A stretch of DNA of 64,000 nt from Candidatus Iainarchaeum sp. (GTDB lineage Archaea; Iainarchaeota; Iainarchaeia; Iainarchaeales; JAAZKV01), in NCBI GenBank assembly GCA_026397015.1, contig JAPLVR010000004.1, positions 1-64,000 on the forward strand, written 5' to 3'. Position 1 is the first letter of the stretch; each line of letters begins with the position of its first letter. The translations under genes were made by a program, and so were the position numbers. Positions 1-9,189 of the stretch are shown here, piece by piece. The notes under the pieces are model-generated. The model saw only the letters and a program-made list of their open reading frames with translations, had not been told where the DNA came from and made no database searches.

Positions 1-387
1 CACTCAGCAGACAAAAAACGCTTTGGCATAATACGCCAAAAAAAAGAAAACAGAATCATAACAACCATGTCAACCAGAATGACCCTACACAACTACATCA
101 CAACAATCCTACACCCAACCTAATTCTGTCCCAGAGTCCCCACAAAAAACGGTGTAGAAATCTTTCCACCTTTTAAGTAGGGTTTCCTTGTTTTGCCAAA
201 CAAACCCAAATTCAGGCTTCTTTTTTCCCCACTTTTAGGGCTTTATAAAGGATTTCTACAGAACCAGTGTATGGGGTAGTGTAGAAATCCTGTGCTTTTT
301 AAGTCGCCTTGCTTTTTTAATTTGCAAAGTGGGCAAATCTTTATTTTTCGTGAAAAGGTTTTTAATCGGAACAGCCGTAATTTCCTT

Positions 388-645
388 ATGATGCGAAAAC
401 CCCAAAAACCGCCGGAGGGCGCAAAAAAGCCGGAAACAGCGGATATGGCAGCTTGGCGCAAAGACTTTGAGAAGATGAAAGTGGAAGATCATTTGGAGAA
501 GCTTGCGGCGCTCGGCCTTGATGATGAGGACCTTAAGGAGTTCAAGGAAATGAAGTCCGGCGTGCCTATTGAGAAGGAGATTCTTGCTGATGAGGGGTCA
601 CCGGCACAAGAAGTTCAAAAACCCGTTAAAAAGGCTAAAAAGTAG
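388..645 (+). CDS. Hypothetical charged protein
   Basis: ORF 292..645. TATA-like ggtttttaat lies ~25 nt before ATG 388, so 388 is the preferred start. No recognised family. Confidence 0.65.
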   Translation: MMRKPQKPPEGAKKPETADMAAWRKDFEKMKVEDHLEKLAALGLDDEDLKEFKEMKSGVPIEKEILADEGSPAQEVQKPVKKAKK

Positions 646-748
646 CTTTTTGGGGGTTTAAGCTATTTTTTGAAGGGTAAAGGTTTATATACAACATACA
701 GGGCTATATATAGGAAAGCTAATTTTTAATTCGCTTTGTGTGGAGTAG

Positions 749-943
749 GTGAGCTATATGGAACTAGATTACGGAGTAGATGAGAGGCTGAGGCTGTCCC
801 TTCTGGCGGAAGAGCAGAAAATGAGATCTAGGCAGCCTGAAGCGTGGACTAAGACAAAGTTTAGGAAATATGCAAATTTTGGCAGGAATAGGAAGAAGAC
901 TGCCGAAGAAATCCTTGGGTTTCAGCCGAAAGCCAGGAAGTAA
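749..943 (+). CDS. Small basic hypothetical protein
   Basis: Upstream tttatata box, ggagtaggtgag RBS-like sequence (ATG 758 is an alternative start), downstream hairpin terminator. Confidence 0.55.
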   Translation: MSYMELDYGVDERLRLSLLAEEQKMRSRQPEAWTKTKFRKYANFGRNRKKTAEEILGFQPKARK

Positions 944-973
944 CTATTTTTAGAGTTATTTAGGCGATAATCT

Positions 974-1011
974 GGGTTTGAACATGTCGCTTCAAACCCG
1001 TTCTTTTTTTT
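974..1011 (+). terminator. Hairpin plus U-tract terminator
   Basis: gggtttgaa (974-982) pairs with ttcaaaccc (991-999), followed by a T run. Lies between convergent genes. Confidence 0.65.
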
Positions 1012-1029
1012 GGTTGGCGCTGACAGGCG

Positions 1030-1989
1030 TCAGTATTCGTGGATGGCCATCAAATCGGGTCTGGTTTTGTTTTTCAAGATTATGAAGGTATTTGTTTTTC
1101 TGATAAGACGGTTTATTTTTTCTGGAAGCACCACGTGAAGATTTGCAAGAGAATTGCTGTCTTTGGTCCGCGTTACGACAATTATTTCGTTTGAAAGCGT
1201 CGTAAAAACGTCCTGAATTTCCTTTTCCTTCACGAGAATTTTTACAAGTTCCTCCTCCTTTCCGGGCGCAGATCTGATGACTATTACTGCTTTCATGCCC
1301 AAGCCGATTTCCTCATATCCTTTTGGAGTAAGGACGGGCACTTCTTTGATTATTACCTTTTTATCCCAGAGCCTTTTCCACCTGTTTGAAATGGTGTTTC
1401 TGTGAACATTACATTTTTCCGACAATTCGGTTAGGCTTATTGAAGGGGTTTGCATTTTTTCAATAACAATTGATTTGTCAAGAGAACTAAGCTCAACTAT
1501 TTCACTCACCCCGCATTCAACCGAAAAATAGTGTCTTTTGTATTCTTTCTTTATGAAATTAATGTGCACATCCTCAAGTATGTCTCCAAAAGTTTTCTCG
1601 ATGTTTGTTATGAATTCGTTCAGGCTTTCAAAGTTGCCCCCCATAATTTTTATTGCAAAATCATAATTGCCTGTGATGTAGGCTATCATGTGTACCTGAG
1701 GGAATTCAAAAATTTTTTCCAGAAACATCTGCTCGTCAAAGTTCATCCTGTTTACGGTGACAAAAACCCACCCCGCCTTTCCCGAGCCGAGGCCTGCGAG
1801 ATTCAACTTGTAATTTGTCCCAGAGAAAAATTTTTCGCCTTCAAGCTTTTTCATGATGTAGTCAACGGTGCTCTTCTTCAGTTTCAACCGTTCATGAAAT
1901 TTCGTTTTACCACGCTGAATTCCTCCTATATAAGCCGATTTCAATACCCGTTTTTCAAGCCCCGTTGCCAAAATTTCCCCTCTTTCCAT
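1030..1989 (-). CDS. Lrp/AsnC family transcriptional regulator with duplicated wHTH-RAM units
   Basis: Two HTH segments (LKLKKSTVDYIMKKLE; ELSEKCNVHRNTISNRWKRL), each followed by a RAM-like domain (YITGNYDFAIKI). ORF is open up to 2049. Confidence 0.8.
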   Translation of the reverse strand: MERGEILATGLEKRVLKSAYIGGIQRGKTKFHERLKLKKSTVDYIMKKLEGEKFFSGTNYKLNLAGLGSGKAGWVFVTVNRMNFDEQMFLEKIFEFPQVHMIAYITGNYDFAIKIMGGNFESLNEFITNIEKTFGDILEDVHINFIKKEYKRHYFSVECGVSEIVELSSLDKSIVIEKMQTPSISLTELSEKCNVHRNTISNRWKRLWDKKVIIKEVPVLTPKGYEEIGLGMKAVIVIRSAPGKEEELVKILVKEKEIQDVFTTLSNEIIVVTRTKDSNSLANLHVVLPEKINRLIRKTNTFIILKNKTRPDLMAIHEY

Positions 1990-2043
1990 AAATCCATGGC
2001 CACATACAATATGTGCTTTTGGAATATATAAGACGAAATGGTC

Positions 2044-2096
2044 TTGCACATTGCATGTTAACTTTCATTAGTTAATTTTACAATTGTCAAGTGCAA
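2044..2096. promoter_or_regulatory. Possible Lrp-type operator sites
   Basis: ttgcacattgca (2044-2055) and ttgtcaagtgcaa (2084-2096) resemble TTGCA-N-TGCAA archaeal Lrp boxes and sit between divergent genes. Confidence 0.25.
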
Positions 2097-2208
2097 TTTT
2101 TCATAGTTTCACAATATTTTCAATACTATCTTGTGCGTTGTAATAATATAGTTAATTAACTGAGGGAGCACCAATATAAGTGATAAAATATGTGGGGGGG
2201 AAAAGATT

Positions 2209-2493
2209 ATGGAGCAAACGTTGTTTCTCAAAGGAGTCGCACTGTTTGCCACCATGGTTGGTTTGCAGCAGTGGCTCGCACAGGGCGTGTTGATTACTGA
2301 CATCGTCTTCATAGGGCTAGTGACTGTTTTCCTAGCAACATTGGAAGAGGATTATATGAAATACAGGAAAAGGACGGAAGAGAAGAAAAGAAATGGAAAG
2401 TTCGCTGATTCCGGGGCGGAAAGGACAGTGAACATAGAGATAACTGGTGAGCCGATAAGATACAATGTAAAGCTGGGAAAAGCACTTGCATAA
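2209..2493 (+). CDS. Small membrane protein
   Basis: Two N-terminal hydrophobic segments, G-rich RBS, divergent from the Lrp gene. Confidence 0.6.
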   Translation: MEQTLFLKGVALFATMVGLQQWLAQGVLITDIVFIGLVTVFLATLEEDYMKYRKRTEEKKRNGKFADSGAERTVNIEITGEPIRYNVKLGKALA

Positions 2494-2656
2494 AAACCAG
2501 TAGTGGCGGCACAACGGCGCCGAAGGCATGCCGCTTAATGGAAAAATTTCAGCTGTTCTTCCCTCCCACATTTTTTCAGGCTGCATTTTTTTGGGAAACA
2601 AAGCCAAAGCAAGATTTTTTTATTCCTTCGCAACCAAATATTTCTGTTGATTTGAA

Positions 2657-3268
2657 ATGGGCTTTCTTTTTATTGACATAGAATCATTTGTGGATCCAAA
2701 AGACGAAAAATCGGGCCTGAACCCCTTTCACAAAAATAGCAAAGTTATTGTAATTTCTTACAATTATTATTATCACTCGCATTCGCCTTCGCCGGGCGAA
2801 ATAAAAGAGCCAGAATTTCTTTTTGAATGGGTACTTGGTTCCGAAAAAAAGCTTTTGCACGAGTTCTACATAAAATTAAAGGAGTGGCACGCGAAAGATG
2901 ATTTTCTAAAGATTGTGGGTTTTAATCATCTCGCCTATGATTTGCCGTATTTGTTTTCACGGATGCGTGCAAACAAAATTGCCGATGAAAAAGAGCTGTT
3001 CAACCTTCTTTTTACAAGCGCGCGGCACATCGATCTCGCCCAGTTGGCGATGCCCATTTCAAAACTCACAAAAAATGACCGCGACTTTAGGTGCATTTCC
3101 CAGAAAGCCATAAATCACTACTTCGAAATACCGGTAAAAGAGGGAAGCGGAAAAGACCTTTCAGAATTTTATCTGAAAAAGGAATTTTCGAAAATAGAAA
3201 AATATTGCAAGGAAGAATTTACCTTCGAATTGCTCTATCAAAGCATCCTTGAAACATTTCTGCATTAA
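2657..3268 (+). CDS. DnaQ/PolB-like 3'-5' exonuclease (RNase H fold)
   Basis: ExoI FIDIES, ExoII VGFNHLAYDLPYL, ExoIII-like YCKEE. Confidence 0.75.
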   Translation: MGFLFIDIESFVDPKDEKSGLNPFHKNSKVIVISYNYYYHSHSPSPGEIKEPEFLFEWVLGSEKKLLHEFYIKLKEWHAKDDFLKIVGFNHLAYDLPYLFSRMRANKIADEKELFNLLFTSARHIDLAQLAMPISKLTKNDRDFRCISQKAINHYFEIPVKEGSGKDLSEFYLKKEFSKIEKYCKEEFTFELLYQSILETFLH

Positions 3269-3667
3269 AAAAACCAAATTTGCAGAAATAAAGTCTTTTG
3301 AAGGTTCGCGCGGCCTTGTTTTTTAATGAAAAATTTTTGAATTTTCAAAAAATCCTTAAAATTTTTTAAAAATTTTTTGAAAAAATTATGTATTGAGAAA
3401 TTTTGAAAATTTATTTTGCCAAAAAAACGGTTTGCCTGAATTGGCACACAGGCTGAATAAAATCCAAAATATACATAAGAAAATTTTTTTGTGCGGTTTT
3501 CAGATTTTGAAAAAAGCTCAAAAAACACAAATATACATAAAAAAGGGGCTTAATTTGCCTTTTTTTTCAGTTAACAAATTCTAAAAACCAGTTTTTTTTG
3601 AAAATGGGCAAAAATTAGGCTCATTTTTAGCGAAAAGTATTTATATATGGTTGGTCATATGTTCTGC

Positions 3668-3811
3668 ATGCCTCAAATTCTTGAAGAAAAAAGTGCCAGA
3701 GAACCTGCTTCAGACTTTGAGAAAGCAAACCTCTTATGTGAAATTCTCTCTTCCGGGGGCAAGTGCATGGATAGCAGATTACCCGCGTTCCAAAAAAATT
3801 TTAAACATTAA
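3668..3811 (+). CDS. Putative 47-aa small protein (not in ORF track)
   Basis: MPQILEEKSAREPASDFEKANLLCEILSSGG... Strong tatttatata box ~25 nt upstream. Downstream hairpin agcgt/acgct (3856-3870) plus T tract. Confidence 0.35.
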   Translation: MPQILEEKSAREPASDFEKANLLCEILSSGGKCMDSRLPAFQKNFKH

Positions 3812-3925
3812 TGGACTTGCCTCCAAACCCGATTATCCCCTCCCCCCTTCAGCGCAGCGTTTGCGACGCTTGTGTTTTTTTAATCGTTTTTTAATTGTTT
3901 CCAGACCAAATTCAATCCGATTAGG

Positions 3926-4456
3926 ATGAATATTATAATTACAGGAACGCCCGGGGTCGGAAAGACGACTCTTGCAAAGCTTTTGGCCAAGAAACTCAAG
4001 ATGAAGGTTTTTAACGAGAAGAATTTCGCGCTCAAAAACCGTATCGGTTCCTTTAATGAGGACAACGAACTCGAAATCCCCATTAAAGTGTTTGAAAAAA
4101 AGGCAAATCTTTTCCTGAAAAAAAATGACCGCATTATTTTTGAAGGCCATACGCTTTGCGAAATGAAACTCAAAGTCGATAAGATTGTTCTGATAACGAT
4201 TCATCCGGAAATTTTGGAATTGCGCCTGGAAAGTCGGAATTACAAAGTGGAAAAAATAATGGATAATGTTTTTTGCGAGGGCATTGATTATTGCAAAAAA
4301 AAGGTTTTCAAGAATTATCCAAGAAATAAAGTCATAGAAATAGGTTCGAGGCAGCATGTGAAGGAAACTTTTTCAGACGTGCTAAAAAGTTTGGGCAATG
4401 TAAATGCATGGGGGCAATTTGGATTTCGCCGAAAAAAGGCAAAAGAAATGGTTTAA
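3926..4456 (+). CDS. Adenylate kinase 6 / Fap7-like P-loop kinase
   Basis: IIITGTPGVGKTT Walker A, IFEGH, LELRLESRNY..EKIMDN lid. Confidence 0.85.
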   Translation: MNIIITGTPGVGKTTLAKLLAKKLKMKVFNEKNFALKNRIGSFNEDNELEIPIKVFEKKANLFLKKNDRIIFEGHTLCEMKLKVDKIVLITIHPEILELRLESRNYKVEKIMDNVFCEGIDYCKKKVFKNYPRNKVIEIGSRQHVKETFSDVLKSLGNVNAWGQFGFRRKKAKEMV

Positions 4457-4523
4457 GAACATTTATTTCAGTCTATTAACTAAGCAGCAGAATCGGAAAT
4501 GGACAGAAAAAAGGTCGGTAAAA

Positions 4524-5708
4524 ATGGGAAATTCGGTTTTTAGGATAAGCGCATTCTTTGCAGTTCTCTTACTGCTGATTTTTCCGGCTTTTGCCTTTGA
4601 AAAAACTTTTTCAGAACTTGGATACCCCGGCTTAAATGTCGAAACAGTGCGCTCAACAAACTGTTCAACAATCAATTTCAGCGTTCCGCAGGAAACCTTG
4701 AACAGCGATTTGTTTCCGATTTTTTCGCTGAAAATGGAGTATTACCCGATGCTTGGCGGCGATTCAAGAATTACAATAAAATTGGACAATTCCAGAGAAA
4801 TAAAAATTCTTCCGATGGATTTTTCCTGCGATGAAGAATGCTGGGCAAGAGTGTCTGTTCCAAAGGAAGAGATGGGAGCCGAGAATTCTGCCGAGATTTG
4901 CGCAATAAGCGGAAAAAGCACCTCTGAACTTGTTCTCCTGTCAGAATCAAAAATAGGCTTTTACGATACGCCAGTTTTCAGCCTGAGGAAAGAATCTCCG
5001 GGCACAATACTATTGGGCCAGAAGGCAAAACTGAAAATAATTGCAACCAACTCCGGATCAAAGGACGCAAATGTTTTCGTTCAGTTCATAAGCCCTCTTA
5101 CAAGGGAAGCCATAGAAATTACAAGCTTTGATGTTGTCGAGGGAGAAAGCTCCGCACGCACCGTCATAAAATCCGGCGAAACGAGGGAATTTGTTTTTTA
5201 CATAAAACCGACTCTTGCAAGCGGATACAATCTTCCGGCAGCTGTTCTTTTCTTTGAAAATGTTTTCGGCGAAGAGCAGAAAGTCGTGAGCAATCATCCT
5301 CAGCTTGAAGTAATTGAGCCGAAAGACGTTAAGGTTGTGATTGTTGCCTCGAAACCGGAAGGAAAATCATTCTCTTTTTTAGTAGAAGTCAAAAACAACA
5401 GAATGGTTCCTTTTCAAGGGTTGTTAAAAATTTCAAACCAGGAACTTGTTGAAGGGGCTATTTCTCCAATATCCGTTCCGCCGAATTCCGATAAGCAGTT
5501 TTCATTTGTCGCAAAAAACCTTTCGGTAGGGGATTACTCCATCTTTGCAACGGTTGAGGACGAAAATGCTTCTTATAATTCAAACACGGTTGCCTTCGCA
5601 ATTTCCGGAGGGGGCCTCCCGATAGAAGTTTATTTCGCAATATTCGGCCTAATTGTTTCGGCAGTCCTGCTATGGTACATCTACAGGTATTGGAAAGAAA
5701 ATTACTGA
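4524..5708 (+). CDS. Cell-surface protein with signal peptide, CARDB/BatD-like Ig folds and C-terminal TM anchor
   Basis: Signal peptide ending in AFA, beta-rich repeats (ATNSGSKDANV; EVKNNR), C-terminal hydrophobic helix. Confidence 0.7.
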   Translation: MGNSVFRISAFFAVLLLLIFPAFAFEKTFSELGYPGLNVETVRSTNCSTINFSVPQETLNSDLFPIFSLKMEYYPMLGGDSRITIKLDNSREIKILPMDFSCDEECWARVSVPKEEMGAENSAEICAISGKSTSELVLLSESKIGFYDTPVFSLRKESPGTILLGQKAKLKIIATNSGSKDANVFVQFISPLTREAIEITSFDVVEGESSARTVIKSGETREFVFYIKPTLASGYNLPAAVLFFENVFGEEQKVVSNHPQLEVIEPKDVKVVIVASKPEGKSFSFLVEVKNNRMVPFQGLLKISNQELVEGAISPISVPPNSDKQFSFVAKNLSVGDYSIFATVEDENASYNSNTVAFAISGGGLPIEVYFAIFGLIVSAVLLWYIYRYWKENY

Positions 5709-5725
5709 ATAATAAGTAATTAATA

Positions 5726-6871
5726 TTATTCCAGTGCCGCGATAGAAGGAGTAATCTTTTTTTCGGAATATCCCCGAATTGTTTTCAAAAATCTGCCCCT
5801 TTCAATTATTGAGCCGGCGGTTTCATGCGTATATCCAAGCGCCCTCAGATAAAGGTAATCATATTTTTTGCCCCCATATTTCCTGTGCGCCCAATCGCCG
5901 ATTTTTCTGCCGATTTTATATGAAATATCCGGTTCCTCTATCTCGTTCGACCTTTTCCAGTTCAGCTCCTTTTGGGTTATCCCGGTATACAATTTTTCCC
6001 TTGGGACAAGTCCCCTGTCAATAAGGTATGCGCGCTGAAAAGCTTCCCCAAACGGAACGCTCACAAATCGGCCGGTTTCCTCTTCAATTGCATGCGCAGT
6101 TTCATGAACAACCATTTTTGTCACAAAATTTTTGTTGAACAGCAATTGTTTCAAATAACTTACCCTGTTTCGCGGCTTGACATTCATTGCCTTGTGAAGC
6201 CTTTTTTTCTTCAGAAAGTGATTGTAATAGTCCACAACTTCCCTAAGTTCTTTGCCGGCCTCTTCCCGATAAAATGCATCCGCTATCGACATTTCTCCTA
6301 TTTTTCTTTCCTTTATTTTTTTTAATGCCCTTGCACGTCTGGCAGGCGGCAGGTGCCTTAAAACTTTTTCCAAAATAAAGTTTCTTCCGTCTATGAGTTC
6401 TTTCTGTATTTTTGGCGGAAGCTCATTAACGCCGATTTTGCTACCATAAATTCTTTGCCTCCTTTCCGCCAAACCCGTTCTTCTCCTGATTTCTTTGACT
6501 TTTTGTGCATATTCTTCTTTTGATAAAGGCATTTTCGCTTGCTCTTCAAACCGTTGAACTTCAACTTTTGTTCTTTCTTCAAGCCGTTTTCTCCACAAAG
6601 GGGATTCTCTAAAAAGAATGTAACTCAAAAATCTTTGTCCGCGGTTTCTAACGGTTTTTGCGGTTGTGCCCGACTGCAAACTTCCTGTTCTAAAACTTAG
6701 TTCGGTCGGAGAAATCGTTTTTTTCTTCACTCTTGTCAGAATTGCCCTTCTTTTTTCAGGGCGCACTCTGAATCTCTTTAATTCCCTGTCAAGTTCGGCC
6801 CAGTTTCCGAGGATTTTTGCTTGTGCCGCCGGTCCCATTCTCTGTACAGGCTCCCTTCTTTTAACCGCCAT
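5726..6871 (-). CDS. Arg-rich protein with zincin HExxH motif (putative metallopeptidase)
   Basis: VVHETAHAIEE followed by GEAF (possible third ligand). Very basic N-terminal half. Confidence 0.6.
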   Translation of the reverse strand: MAVKRREPVQRMGPAAQAKILGNWAELDRELKRFRVRPEKRRAILTRVKKKTISPTELSFRTGSLQSGTTAKTVRNRGQRFLSYILFRESPLWRKRLEERTKVEVQRFEEQAKMPLSKEEYAQKVKEIRRRTGLAERRQRIYGSKIGVNELPPKIQKELIDGRNFILEKVLRHLPPARRARALKKIKERKIGEMSIADAFYREEAGKELREVVDYYNHFLKKKRLHKAMNVKPRNRVSYLKQLLFNKNFVTKMVVHETAHAIEEETGRFVSVPFGEAFQRAYLIDRGLVPREKLYTGITQKELNWKRSNEIEEPDISYKIGRKIGDWAHRKYGGKKYDYLYLRALGYTHETAGSIIERGRFLKTIRGYSEKKITPSIAALE

Positions 6872-6945
6872 AGATAGATTACCTTGTTAGCCATTTATTA
6901 AGTTTTTCATTCGGGAATTCATTACGGGTCTTTGGCGATGGTTAC

Positions 6946-7842
6946 ATGAATTGGGTTTTCTTCGCATTGGCTGCGCCGATGGCATATGCTTTCAGCGAAA
7001 TTTTGGCAAAATTTTTTCTAGAAAAAAAAGTTAAAAACGGCGCCACACTCCTTTCGGCGATTTCAATTTTCCGCATAATAATGGCGGTTGCAATCCTTTT
7101 AATTGTCCCAATTTCTTTTTTTGAAATTTCCATTTCGAGCTGGCTATTGGTAATTCTTCTTGGGTTTGCGGCATTTGCCCATTACCTGTTCCTGCTCCGC
7201 GGCATGGAAAAAGAAGACGCTTCAACTGTTGTTGCACTTGTTTTTGTTTTCCCAGTTTTTGTCGCGCTTTTAGCAACTATTTTTTTGGGGGAGCAGCTTT
7301 CGCCGCTTAAATGGTTCGGGATGGTCGCAATTGTTGTCGGCGTCATTTTGGCATCAATAAAAAAGTTTGATAAAAAAATAATTTTTTCAAGCGTTCTCGG
7401 ATTAATAATTCTCTCAGCCTTTTTTGAGGGAATAGTTGAAATTCTTGACAAGGTTTTACTTTCAGAAATGAATTTTTGGCACGTTTCGGCATTCACTTAT
7501 ATTTTCCTATCCCTGTTTTCATTTTCCTTTCTTTTGAAAAAAAAGAATTTCGGGGACTTCAAAAAATTTGTCGGGGATAAAAAAATTTTGGCATTTGTCG
7601 GGTTGAAAGAGCTTATTGCGATGGGCGGTTTTTTCGCATTCCTCATTGCCGCCTCGACGACTGACGTTTCAGTTGTTTCGGCGCTATTTGCCACGCAGCC
7701 ATTCTTTGTTCTGGTTTTTGCAATTATTAGCACAATATTTTTTCCCAAGTTTTTGAAGGAGTCGGTTGAAAAGAAAACGCTTTTGGTCAAAATCGTTGCA
7801 ATAATTTTTATAGTAGTTGGGGCGATAATTATTTCAGCATAG
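6946..7842 (+). CDS. EamA/DMT family transporter
   Basis: About 10 TM helices in two repeats. EDASTVVAL..FPVFVALLATIFLGEQL signature. Confidence 0.9.
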   Translation: MNWVFFALAAPMAYAFSEILAKFFLEKKVKNGATLLSAISIFRIIMAVAILLIVPISFFEISISSWLLVILLGFAAFAHYLFLLRGMEKEDASTVVALVFVFPVFVALLATIFLGEQLSPLKWFGMVAIVVGVILASIKKFDKKIIFSSVLGLIILSAFFEGIVEILDKVLLSEMNFWHVSAFTYIFLSLFSFSFLLKKKNFGDFKKFVGDKKILAFVGLKELIAMGGFFAFLIAASTTDVSVVSALFATQPFFVLVFAIISTIFFPKFLKESVEKKTLLVKIVAIIFIVVGAIIISA

Positions 7843-7850
7843 GTGATGAT

Positions 7851-9137
7851 GTGCCGGCACCAAGAAAAAAGGGAAAGCTTCCAAGAAATTATATTTTAGT
7901 TGCGGCAAAAAAAGTTTTTCCGGAAATGGTGCGGTTGAGACGCAATATTCACAGCCAGCCGGAGCTTAGTTTCAGGGAATTTAAAACAACAAGGCTTGTT
8001 TTGGGCGAATTGAAAAAATTAGGGATAGTTGGCAGGGTGACGAAGGCAAAAACAGGAGTAATTGCAACAATAAATGGTTCTGGAAAAGGCAGAACAATTG
8101 CAATAAGGGCAGATATGGATGCGCTTCCAATTCAGGAAACTACAGGGCTTTCATTCGCCTCAAAAAGAAAAGGCGTAATGCATGCATGCGGCCATGATTC
8201 GCATATCGCAGTTTTGCTTGGTTTGGCTAAAATTTTGACGGAATATAACAGGCGACACGGTCTCCCCGGAAATATACGCCTGATATTTCAGCCAGGCGAG
8301 GAATCGGGAAGCAGAACTTATGGGCCCGGTTCTTCATTTATGGTCAATGAGGGCGCTATGAAAGGAGTTAGTGCAGTTCTTGGATTTCACTTTATATCAG
8401 AATACAAACTTGGAAGGGTTCATGTACGAAAAGGGATAAGGGACCAAGCAATTTCCTTCATAAAATTTTCGATTTCTTCCGATGGCGGGCATGGAGCGTC
8501 AAATAGCGAAATTCCGGACATAGTTGCAATAAGTGCAAAGATTAGGGCAGATATTGATAGAATTTATAACCCGCAGAAACCCTCCAAATTAAGGGCGGTT
8601 TCGTTGCGTTGCGACCACGGCCAAGTTTCTGGCACAGACAGATTTAATGTGATGCCGACGGGCATAACACACACGCTTGCATTTAGAGCATCGGTTCCGG
8701 AAAAAGAAAGAACCAGGATTTTCAAAAAATTGCTGACAAATATCAGGGGGGCGTATTTGAAAAATGGAAAACCCTGGAAGCAAAAAGGGCTTCGTTTCAG
8801 AATAACCTCTATCGAATATGGGTTGCCCGCGACTGAAAACGACCCAAAATTAGCAGAACTTGCAAAAGAAGTTGCAAAGGAGCACCCTGATGTGAATGCA
8901 ATTTATTCACGTCAAACAGTCGGCAGCGAAGATTTTTCAGGTTACACTCACAGCAAGCTTGGAAGGATTCCGGGGCTTTACATTTCAATCGGCACAAGTT
9001 CGAAGGAATTAATTAAAAGGCATGGCGGCAGAAAGCCGGACCATCATGAGTCGTCATTCGATATTGATGAGAGGGCGATGCGCATAGCCGTGTCGCTGCT
9101 TGCGGAAACATGCATAAGATATTTGAACAAAAGATAA
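7851..9137 (+). CDS. M20D family amidohydrolase
   Basis: RRNIHSQPELSFREFKT, RADMDALP, MHACGHDSH, FQPGEE, GSEDFS, HH..FDIDE. Confidence 0.9.
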   Translation: MPAPRKKGKLPRNYILVAAKKVFPEMVRLRRNIHSQPELSFREFKTTRLVLGELKKLGIVGRVTKAKTGVIATINGSGKGRTIAIRADMDALPIQETTGLSFASKRKGVMHACGHDSHIAVLLGLAKILTEYNRRHGLPGNIRLIFQPGEESGSRTYGPGSSFMVNEGAMKGVSAVLGFHFISEYKLGRVHVRKGIRDQAISFIKFSISSDGGHGASNSEIPDIVAISAKIRADIDRIYNPQKPSKLRAVSLRCDHGQVSGTDRFNVMPTGITHTLAFRASVPEKERTRIFKKLLTNIRGAYLKNGKPWKQKGLRFRITSIEYGLPATENDPKLAELAKEVAKEHPDVNAIYSRQTVGSEDFSGYTHSKLGRIPGLYISIGTSSKELIKRHGGRKPDHHESSFDIDERAMRIAVSLLAETCIRYLNKR

Positions 9138-9189
9138 TTTACGGCAAAAATTAATTTATGGTAAAAAGTCATTTGGAGTAAAAAATAAT

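Noticed and set aside
241-290. Resemblance to a Cas12a-type CRISPR repeat (tttctac...gtgtaga)
   Set aside because: Single inverted pair, no repeat-spacer periodicity and no cas genes in the window.
598-610. tcaccggcac match to the cassette inverted repeat
   Set aside because: Only 10 bp and inside a coding sequence (Ser-Pro-Ala), so plausibly chance.
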